A stretch of 64,000 nucleotides of DNA from Octopus sinensis. Taxonomy: Eukaryota. This document shows, in pieces, positions 51,102 through 61,900 of the stretch (its first letter is position 1; each line of letters starts with the position of its first letter). The position numbers and the translations under genes are program-made. The notes beneath the pieces are model-generated. The model made no database searches. It had not been told where the DNA came from and worked only from the letters and a program-made list of their open reading frames with translations. The stretch spans positions 205,964,001 through 206,028,000 of the forward strand of contig NC_042997.1 in NCBI RefSeq assembly GCF_006345805.1. The letters are read 5' to 3'.

Positions 51102-52380
51102 GCCACCATGTACACCAGAGAAGCCCCCTGCATGGTATCCAACATGTCCATTGAAGCCACCAGCCACAAAGAGAAGGTCCCTGTCATTCGTTGATGAGGT
51201 AGTCTGCAAGAGTGGGTCATAAGATTGGTCTTTGTGTTCATCAGAAAGCCCCAGCTGAGGGGTATAAACCGAGACAATGGTTGCTAATCGATGCTGTAGC
51301 ACTAGTCTAAGATTAAGTATTCTATCACAGACTCTGACTACCTTGATTACCTTAACAACCCATTTCTCTGCAAGGAGTATACCCATTCCCCCAACCCCAT
51401 CAGTGTTCCCGACCCAGAAAATCTTATACCTATGTTCTTTGCCTGTGAGGAACCTGGCAGAACTTCCTCTCCACCTTACTTCTTGGATGCTGCACTAATC
51501 TACATGTCTCCATTCAAGCATCTGAACAATCTTACCAGACCTGCCTTTCAATGTGAGCCTGTGGAATGTGTGGACCAGCGACACACTGGGGTGGGGGACA
51601 GCAGTATTATGAATCTGGAAAGAAAGTTTGACCTTGGATTTGCGCATACTAGATCATTATCCAATAAGATTCAATGTGCTTAATTAAGTGTTCGGGTGCA
51701 TGCTTTGGTGCCCAGACTCAAACACTTTTCCCAATTATGCTTTGTGGCTCAGTTTCCGTTACTGACTGCAAATTTTGTTCATAAAATTCCACTTTACCTA
51801 TCACTTTTACTTGGGTTGCCTGGCCATATTTTGCCTAGCAACTCATCAATTAACAATTTATTAAAGCATCTGCTACATAAAAGTAGCCTTTTTGTGCTCG
51901 ATATCAGTTCATGTTTTGATTACTGCTTCTTTTGATTAACCAAAGTATTAATTAGAGAATTTGCTGTAGTTCAGCATCATTTTTTTGAGTAAAAAATAGA
52001 CATTTTCGTGTTTGATATCACTTTTTGATTACTGCTTCTTGTTTTGCCATAGTTCGGCATCAATTTTGGAGTAAAAATAGATGTTTTCCTGTTTGAAATC
52101 ACTTTTTGATTACTACTTCTTTTGAGCAGCCAACGTTTTTTGTTTTCACCAACCTACAAGCACAGTAGACAGTTTTTGTGCTTGCAACCTGTCTACGATT
52201 CTTTTACTGTTTTTAAATAGCCCTTTGTTTTCCATCTGGGTACTGCTTCTGCCATTATCATTTTGATTATTGCTTTGCCATTGCTTAAAATCGTGTGCTT
52301 ATCGGTTGCCCCAAACTATCTCACTTAGTCCACAAAAACTAAATCCATTTAAAGTTCACTAATTTCAATAAATTGCTAAA

Positions 52381-53060
52381 ATGCCCCCAAAGAAGAGTGC
52401 TCGCATTGGAAGAAGGACAGCTGATTCAGAGGCTAAGAGGGCCAGAACGGCCAATGAGGTGCCCCAAGACAGAGCTACTCGATTAGCTCAGAATGCCACT
52501 GCCATGGCCAATGCAAGGGCAGTTGAAACCACAGAACAAACACAGGCCTGCCATTCTCAAGATGCCACTGCCATTGCCAACACATGATCTACAGAAACCT
52601 CTGAGCAGAGGCGCACAAGGCAATAGAAACAATCTGCGGTGCGAGGCTAGAGTTGAAATTTCAAGCCCAAAGCCTCAATTCTGGAGCATGAAGGCCTTCA
52701 ACTACGTTCCAACGATGAACTACTCCTCTCGCTCTGACATTCGTATTGGAAATATGTGCTCAATCTACGACCATTGCAGTGCAATGAAATGGCCCAGTGA
52801 GACACCCAGCATGTGCTGTTCCAAGGGCAAAGTCCAGCTCCCTCCTTTTCAAAACCCTCCACAGCCTCTTCAGGACCTTCTCACTGGCACTGTCCCAAGC
52901 TCATCGGATTTTCTACAAGCCATCCGAATCTACAATTCTGCTTTCCAGATGACATCTTTTGGCGCCAAAGTTGTCCAAGCGGAAGGGTGGATGCTCACCT
53001 TTAAGGTGCAGGGGTAAGTGTACCACCTGATTGGATCTCTGCTGCCAACAAACAACAACT
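52381..53060 (+). mobile_element. Autonomous-type Helitron Rep N-terminal remnant
   Basis: IGNM..CSAMKWPSETPSMCCSKGKVQLP..IRIYNSAFQMTSFGA..TFKVQG*VYHLIGSLLP, the typical Helitron Rep/helicase N-terminus. Frameshifted and truncated. Confidence 0.88.
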
Positions 53061-53399
53061 TATCGGCGAAGTCTAATGAATATCAATTACTCCCATAAAA
53101 AGCTCCAACTAGCTCAAAAACAACAAAACTGGCCCGGGCTGAAATGTGATAAGAAACTTAACTCTTGATTTAGTGAGAAATTTTTACTGCGACCCAGCAA
53201 TGAACAACAAGCATTAGCACTAGACTTGGCGACGCCAGGTCATAGTGCTAGTAATGATAATAATGATGATGATAAGAAGAAAAAGAAAAATGGTTTCAAA
53301 TTTTTCACAAGGGCAGCAATCTTGGTGGGAGGATCACTTACAATGACCTCAGTGTTAATATAATGATGATGATGGATTTCTTTTATTAGCCAGAAGGGC

Positions 53400-54700
53400 A
53401 CAAGCCATGGAGGACAAAATTGAAGGACGAGTTACAGTACACATGCAAAAAAACACAACAAAACAAAAATTAGAACAACATTGAATTAACATCGATTTAG
53501 GGGGTGATACTATCACATTATAGGATATAACAAAGGATATATAATAGGAAGTAGAACAATAAATAGAATTTCCAATAGCATAGCAGTCCACTTAGGGCAA
53601 TCTTGGGTAAACACCTCACAAAAATCCCAGATTACTCAGCCATTTCCAAGGCATGGGAAAGGGCCCCTCTTCCAGTTTCTTTCCTCCTGCTTAGAAAGGC
53701 ATATTCAGAGTAGATGCATTCTGTCTCACCAGGCTTGCTACTGTCGACTAGCTTTTGACAAACACACTAGAAGGCAGCACCTCCCTCTCTACCCACACCT
53801 TCCCTTTCAAATATTTGAAGAAATTGATAAGGGCTTGACCAGATAGGAAATTGGTGATCTTCAAACCTTTCAGATCGGTCCACCACACAGCCTCTTTTGC
53901 CACTGCTACTAAGCAGCGAAAGATCTGTCTTCCTTCTCTGCAAAAGGAAGGTGGTGTTGTGCCGATCTTCACATTACACTCAGCAAACAGTTGAATTCAT
54001 CTTGCATGCAACAACAGCTGCTCCACACACTCCCACAACTCTCTAATGCACGGACACTGAATGCAAGATGGTTTCATCCCCCTGCAAGCATCTCAAACAG
54101 ATTTGACTGTTGGCACTTCCATGCCTGAATAGCTTGTCTCGAAAGGGCAGTGCCCCTCTGTAGCACTGCTATACCAAAGACTTTTGGAAACTGTCCATGA
54201 TCTTCAACCCAAAGTTCCTCTGAAAGAAACTACTCAGACTGTTCTCATTGAAGCCTAGATTCAATCCTAGGCTATCCTCATTCACACCCTCAACTAATCC
54301 CCAATAGAAATCTTGGGTTACTTTCCAGCTAATGATTTTGTGCATCTGGTTCAATGCAATGAGTGCCTAACAACATTCTAGATGCCAAATGCTGACCCTT
54401 GCTCTATGTTTGACCCATGACTACTGCTCTGCTAATGAGATGAGCTGCAGAAGGACATGTCACACGTAGGACACCCACACCATGTCACCCTTATTTTCAT
54501 CATCGTCACCCACATAAACTCAGTGATCTAGGTATTTGTATAGGTGTGACAGTCTCAAAGTGTGCTGTCACATCATTAAGGATGGCATCCCAATCCCACC
54601 ATAGTGTAACAGGTGACAAAAGATGGATTTTCTGACCAGTGGAACCTGAACCTTCAAGAAGAATCGGAAAAGCAAGCACTCCAATCTGGTCAGAGTTTTC
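53400..54700 (-). mobile_element. Decayed Tx1-type LINE 3' region
   Basis: RCLVAVAKEAVWW..GQALINFFKYLKGKVWVEREVL, Tx1-like C-terminal region. Confidence 0.5.
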
Positions 54701-55288
54701 TTAGGTGAAGTTTGATGCTGATACTGCTGCTGATGGTTAGAATATTATTGCTGTTGTTGCTACTGCTGGTTTCGTTACTAATATTATTGTTGTGCATGTT
54801 GTTCTTGTTAATTTCGTTATTGTTGTTGTTGTTGGAGATGTCACAGGTCATACTGGTGTCAATGGTCTTACTTCAGTTGTTGGCAATATTGGTGGTGGTG
54901 GGGTTGGTGATGGTGGTGGTGGTGTTATTGTCCGTAGGTTCTTTGCAAAAGTCAAAGGAACTGACAACATCAATGCTTGGTTGACTACTTCACCATGGGT
55001 CTCTTGAACATGTGGAAACAAATACATTTTCTCCTACAAACACTATTTAGAAGAGTACTGGCCATGTTGTGGAAAGGAATACATTGAAAATATATCCAGG
55101 AAAGATTTTGGAATGGGCAGAAATCCCATTCTGTAATTAAAACAGGATGAATCTCTTCTAGAAGACACTTGGATACGTCTGCCAAAAATTAGTTATTAAT
55201 TTCAGCAGCCAAAAAAATGGCAAAAGATAAACACAATTAGAGGAAACTCACCAGCGATGATTCAGACGTGGATTCCATGTGTGAAGCC

Positions 55289-55341
<53 letters not shown>

Positions 55342-55351
55342 TATTAATAAT

Positions 55352-55562
55352 AATTTCAAATTTTTGCCGCAAGGGCAGCTCTGGGGAGATGAGGATGAGT
55401 CACTCACATTGACCCCAGTGTTAAACTAGTATTTATTTTATCAAACTTCAAAGAATGATAAATAAAATCAACCTCATGGAAATTCAACTCAGAACACAGC
55501 GAGGGGTGACATACCACTACGCATTTACTCCCGTGTGCTAACAATTCTGCCATCATACCACC
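55352..55562 (-). mobile_element. Full-length, diverged SINE of the same family as the satellite unit, in inverted orientation
   Basis: The reverse complement begins GGTGGTATGATGGCAGAATTGTTAGCAC and ends GCTGCCCTTGCGGCAAAAATTTGAAA. Another minus-strand 3' end lies at 53291-53360. Confidence 0.75.
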
Positions 55563-55575
55563 TTAATAAAAATAA

Positions 55576-55613
<38 letters not shown>

Positions 55614-55952
55614 ATGATGATGATGATGATAATCAACTCTACTGGGAGCACAGGGCCTCAACGATAATAACATCACAAAGGCACCCTTGGGGTGCTCTGT
55701 AAAAGTGTATGTGGGGTGTCAGGTAAAAGTAGCCAACATGCCCTGTAAAGTGGTTCCTATAAGGAAGGAGATACAGCTGTAGAAATCATGTAAATTCAGA
55801 TTGAAGTCTGGAGCAGCTCTCCAGCTTCCCAGGTCTGTTCAAACAGTTCAACACATGCCACCATGGACAACGGATCTACATGATGATGATGATGGTAGCA
55901 TGTAAGATATAATATTGCTATAATGAATCTTACCATCATAACAATGTTTAAT

Positions 55953-58900
55953 ATTCCAGTGATGTTTATGGTCAATAAAATAAGTACCAGTTGAGCACTG
56001 TGGTTGATGTAATTGACTTAGCCACTCTCCCGAAATTGCTGGCCTTGTGCCAAAATTTGAAACCAACATTCCAGTGATGTTTATGGTCAATAAAATAAGT
56101 ACCAGTTGAGCACTGGGGTTGATGTAATTGACTTAGCCACTCTCCCGAAATTGCTGGTCTTGTGCCAAAATTTGAAACCAACATTCCAGTGATGTTTATG
56201 GTCAATAAAATAAGTACCAGTTGAGCACTGGGGTTGATGTAATTGACTTAGCCACTCTCCCGAAATTGCTGGTCTTGTGCGTAAATTTGAAACCAAAATT
56301 ACAGTGATGTTTATGGTCAATAAAATAAATACCAGTTGAGCACTGGGGTTGATGTAATTGACTTAGCCACTCTCCTGAAATTGCTGGCCTTGTGCCAAAA
56401 TTTGAAACCAAAATTACAGTGATGTTTATGGTCAATAAAATAAGTACCAGTTGAGCACTGGGGTTGATGTAATTGACTTAGCCACTCTCCTGAAATTGCT
56501 GGCATTGTGCCAAAATTTGAAACCAAAATTCCAGTGATGTTTATGGTCAATAAATAAGTACCAGTTAGCACTGGGGTTGATGTAATTGACTTAGCCACTC
56601 TCCTAATTGCTGGCCTTGTGCCAAAATTTGAAACCAAAATTCCAGTGATGTTTATGGTCAATAAAATAAGTACCAGTTGTGCACTGGGTTGATGTAATTG
56701 ACTTAGCCACTCTCCTGAAATTGCTGGCCTTGTGCCAAATTTGAAACCAAATTCCAGTGATGTTTATGGTCAATAAAATAAGTACCAGTTGAAGCACTGG
56801 GGTTGATGTAATTGACTTAGCACTCTCCTAAATTGCTGGCCTTGTGCCAAAATTTGAAACCAACATTCCAGTGATGTTTATGGTCAATAAATAAGTACCA
56901 GTTGAGCACTGGGGTTGATGTAATTGACTTAGCCACTCTCCTGAAATTGCTGGCCTTGTGCCAAAATTTGAAACCAAAATTCCAGTGATGTTTATGGTCA
57001 ATAAAATAAGTACCAGTTGAGCACTGGGGTTGATGTAATTGACTTAGCACTCTCCTAAATTGCTGGCCTTGTGCCAAAATTTGAAACCAAAATTCCAGTG
57101 ATGTTTATGGTCAATAAATAAGTACCAGTTGAGCACTGGGGTTGATGTAATTGACTTAGCCACTCTCCTGAAATTGCTGGCCTTGTGCCAAAATTTGAAA
57201 CAAATTCCAGTGATGTTTATGGTCAATAAAATAAGTACCAGTTGAGCACTGGGGTTGATGTAATTGACTTAGCCACTCTCCTGAAATTGCTGGCCTTGTG
57301 CCAAAATTTGAAACCAAAATTCCAGTGATGTTTATGGTCAATAAAATAAGTACCAGTTGAGCACTGGGGTTGATGTAATTGACTTAGCCACTCTCCTAAA
57401 TTGCTGGCCTTGTGCCAAAATTTGAAACAAAATTCCAGTGATGTTTATTGGTCAATAAAATAAGTACCAGTTGTGCACTGGGGTTGATGTAATTGACTTA
57501 GCCACTCTCCTGAAATTGCTGGCCTTGTGCCAAAATTTGAAACCAAAATTCCAGTGATGTTTATGGTCAATAAAATAAGTACCAGTTGAGCACTGGGTTG
57601 ATGTAATTGACTTAGCCACTCTCCTGAAATTGCTGGCCTTCTGCCAAAATTTGAAACCAAAATTCCAGTGATGTTTATGGTCAATAAAATAAGTACCAGT
57701 TGAGCACTGGGGTTGATGTAATTGACTTAGCCACTCTCCTGAAATTGCTGGCCTTGTGCCAAAATTTGAAACCAAAATTTCAGTGATGTTTATGGTCAAT
57801 AAAATAAGTACCAGTTGAGCACTGGGGTTGATGTAATTGACTTAGCCACTCTCCTGAAATTGCTGGCCTTGTGCCAAAATTTGAAACCAAAATTCCAGTG
57901 ATGTTTATGGTCAATAAAATAAGTACCAGTTGAGCACTGGGGTTGATGTAATTGACTTATCCACTCTCCTGAAATTGCTGGCCTTGTGCCAAAATTTGAA
58001 ACCAAAATTCCAGTGATGTTTATGGTCAATAAAATAAGTACCAGTTGAGCACTGGGGTTGATGTAATTGACTTAGCCACTCTCCTGAATTGCTGGCCTTG
58101 TGCCAAAATTTGAAACCAAAATTCCAGTGATGTTTATGGTCAATAAAATAAGTACCAGTTGAGCACTGGGGTTGATGTAATTGACTTAGCCACTCTCCTG
58201 AAATTGCTGGCCTTGTGCCAAAATTTGAAACCAAAATTCCAGTGATGTTTATGGTCAATAAAATAAGTACCAGTTGAGCACTGGGGTTGATGTAATTGAC
58301 TTAGCCACTCTCCTGAAATTGCTGGCCTTGTGCCAAAATTTGAGAACCAAAATTTCAGTGATGTTTATGGTCAATAAAATAAGTACCAGTTGAGCACTGG
58401 GGTTGATGTAATTGACTTAGCCACTCTCCTGAAATTGCTGGCCTTGTGCCAAAATTTGAGACCAAAATTCCAGTGATGTTTATGGTCAATAAAATAAGTA
58501 CCAGTTGAGCACTGGGGTTGATGTAATTGACTTAGCACTCTCCTAATTGCTGGCCTTGTGCCAAAATTTGAAACAAAATTCCAGTGATGTTTATGGTCAA
58601 TAAAATAAGTACCAGTTGAGCACTGGGGTTGATGTAATTGACTTAGCCACTCTCCTGAAATTGCTGGCCTTGTGCCAAAATTTGAAACAAAATTCCAGTG
58701 ATGTTTATGGTCAATAAAATAAGTACCAGTTGAGCACTGGGGTTGATGTAATTGACTTAGCCACTCTCCTGAAATTGCTGGCCTTGTGCCAAAATTTGAA
58801 ACCAAAATTCCAGTGATGTTTATGGTCAATAAAATAAGTACCAGTTGAGCACTGGGGTTGATGTAATTGACTTAGCCACTCTCCTGAAATTGCTGGCCTT

Positions 58901-61900
58901 GTGCCAAAATTTGAGACCAAAATTCCAGTGATGTTTAAGGTCAATAAAATAAGTACCAGTTGAGCACTGGGGTTGATGTAATTGACTTAGCCACTCTCCT
59001 GAAATTGCTGGCCTTGTGCCAAAATTTGAAACCAAAATTCCAGTGATGTTTATGGTCAATAAAATAAGTACCAGTTGAGCACTGGGGTTGATGTAATTGA
59101 CTTAGCCACTCTCCTGAATTGCTGGCCTTGTGCCAAAATTTGAACAAAATTCCAGTGATGTTTATGGTCAATAAAATAAGTACCAGTTGAGCACTGGGGT
59201 TGATGTAATTGACTTAGCCACTCTCCTGAAATTGCTGGCCTTGTGCCAAAATTTGAGACCAAAATTCCAGTGATGTTTATGGTCAATAAATAAGTACCAG
59301 TTGAGCACTGGGGTTGATGTAATTGACTTAGCCACTCTCCTGGAATTGCTGGCCTTGTGCCAAAATTTGAAACCAAAATTCCAGTGATGTTTATGGTCAA
59401 TAAAATAAGTACCAGTTGAGCACTGGGGTTGATGTAATTGACTTAGCCACTCTCCTGAAATTGCTGGCCTTGTGCCAAAATTTGAAACAAACATTCCAGT
59501 GATGTTTATGGTCAATAAAATAAGTACCAGTTGAGCACTGGGGTTGATGTAATTGACTTAGCCACTCTCCTGGAATTGCTGGCCTTGTGCCAAATTTGAA
59601 ACCAAAATTCCAGTGATGTTTATGGTCAATAAAATAAGTACCAGTTGAGCACTGGGGTTGATGTAATTGACTTAGCCACTCTCCTGAAATTGCTGGCCTT
59701 GTGCCAAATTTGAAACAAACATTCCAGTGATGTTTATGGTCAATAAAATAAGTACCAGTTGAGCACTGGGGTTGATGTAATTGACTTAGCCACTCTCCTG
59801 AAATTGCTGGCCTTGTGCCAAAATTTGAAACCAAAATTCCAGTGATGTTTATGGTCAATAAAATAAGTACCAGTTGAGCACTGGGGTTGATGTAATTGAC
59901 TTAGCCACTCTCCTGAAATTGCTGGCCTTGTGCCAAAATTTGAACCAAAATTCCAGTGATGTTTATGGTCAATAAAATAAGTACCAGTTGAGCACTGGGG
60001 TTGATGTAATTGACTTAGCCACTCTCCTGAAATTGCTGGCCTTGTGCCAAAATTTGAAACCAAAATTCCAGTGATGTTTATGGTCAATAAAATAAGTACC
60101 AGTTGAGCACTGGGGTTGATGTAATTGACTTAGCCACTCTCCTGAAATTGCTGGCCTTGTGCCAAAATTTGAAACCAAATTCCAGTGATGTTTATGGTCA
60201 ATAAAATAAGTACCAGTTGAGCACTGGGGTTGATGTAATTGACTTAGCCACTCTCCTGAAATTGCTGGCCTTGTGCCAAAATTTGAGACCAAAATTCCAG
60301 TGATGTTTAAGGTCAATAAAATAAGTACCAGTTGAGCACTGGGGTTGATGTAATTGACTTAGCCACTCTCCTGAATTGCTGGCCTTGTGCCAAAATTTGA
60401 AACCAAAATTCCAGTGATGTTTATGGTCAATAAAATAAGTACCAGTTGAGCACTGGGGTTGATGTAATTGACTTAGCCACTCTCCTGAAATTGCTGGCCT
60501 TGTGCCAAAATTTGAAACCAAAATTCCAGTGATGTTTATGGTCAATAAAATAAGTACCAGTTGAGCACTGGGGTTGATGTAATTGACTTAGCCACTCTCC
60601 TGAAATTGCTGGCCTTGTGCCAAATTTGAAACCAAAATTCCAGTGATGTTTAAGGTCAATAAAATAAGTACCAGTTGAGCACTGGGGTTGATGTAATTGA
60701 CTTAGCCACTCTCCTGAAATTGCTGGCCTTGTGCCAAATTTGAGACCAAAATTCCAGTGATGTTTATGGTCAATAAAATAAGTACCAGTTGAGCACTGGG
60801 GTTGATGTAATTGACTTAGCCACTCTCCTGAAATTGCTGGCCTTGTGCCAAAATTTGAGACCAAAATTCCAGTGATGTTTATGGTCAATAAAATAAGTAC
60901 CAGTTGAGCACTGGGGTTGATGTAATTGACTTAGCCACTCTCCTGAAATTGCTGGCCTTGTGCCAAAATTTGAGACCAAAATTCCAGTGATGTTTAAGGT
61001 CAATAAAATAAGTACCAGTTGAGCACTGGGGTTGATGTAATTGACTTAGCCACTCTCCTGAAATTGCTGGCCTTGTGCCAAAATTTGAGACCAAAATTCC
61101 AGTGATGTTTATGGTCAATAAAATAAGTACCAGTTGAGCACTGGGGTTGATGTAATTGAAGCCACTCTCCTGAAATTGATGTTTATGGTCAATAAAATAA
61201 GTACCAGTTGAGCACTGGGGTTGATGTAATTGACTTAGCCACTCTCCTGAAATTGCTGGCCTTGTGCCAAAATTTGAGACCAAAATTCCAGTGATGTTTA
61301 TGGTCAATAAAATAAGTACCAGTTGAGCACTGGGGTTGATGTAATTGACTTAGCCACTCTCCTGAAATTGCTGGCCTTGTGCCAAAATTTGAGACCAAAA
61401 TTCCAGTGATGTTTAAGGTCAATAAAATAAGTACCAGTTGAGCACTGGGGTTGATGTAATTGACTTAGCCACTCTCCTGGAATTGCTGGCCTTGTGCCAA
61501 AATTTGAGACCAAAATTCCAGTGATGTTTATGGTCAATAAAATAAGTACCAGTTGAGCACTGGGGTTGATGTAATTGACTTAGCCACTCTCCTGAAATTG
61601 CTGGCCTTGTGCCAAAATTTGAGACCAAAATTCCAGTGATGTTTATGGTCAATAAAATAAGTACCAGTTGAGCACTGGGGTTGATGTAATTGACTTAGCC
61701 ACTCTCCTGGAATTGCTGGCCTTGTGCCAAAATTTGAGACCAAAATTCCAGTGATGTTTATGGTCAATAAAATAAGTACCAGTTGAGCACTGGGGTTGAT
61801 GTAATTGACTTAGCCACTCTCCTGGAATTGCTGGCCTTGTGCCAAAATTTGAGACCAAAATTCCAGTGATGTTTATGGTCAATAAAATAAGTACCAGTTG

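Larger units (their letters stand above)
46700..51690 (-). mobile_element. RTE-type LINE, near full length, interrupted by the LTR element at 49009-51101
   Basis: APE N-terminus 51102-51600; APE/linker 48150-49008; RT NYRGIKLL..QFGFVPGR.TTDAIF..FVDMEKAFDRVP..GVHQGSVLSP..YAGDLAL at 47440-48100. Sequence is continuous across the insertion. Confidence 0.88.

Noticed and set aside
54712-55007. Hydrophobic Leu/Val-rich ORFs resembling membrane proteins
   Set aside because: Low-complexity (GTT/GGT)n sequence adjoining decayed LINE remnants.
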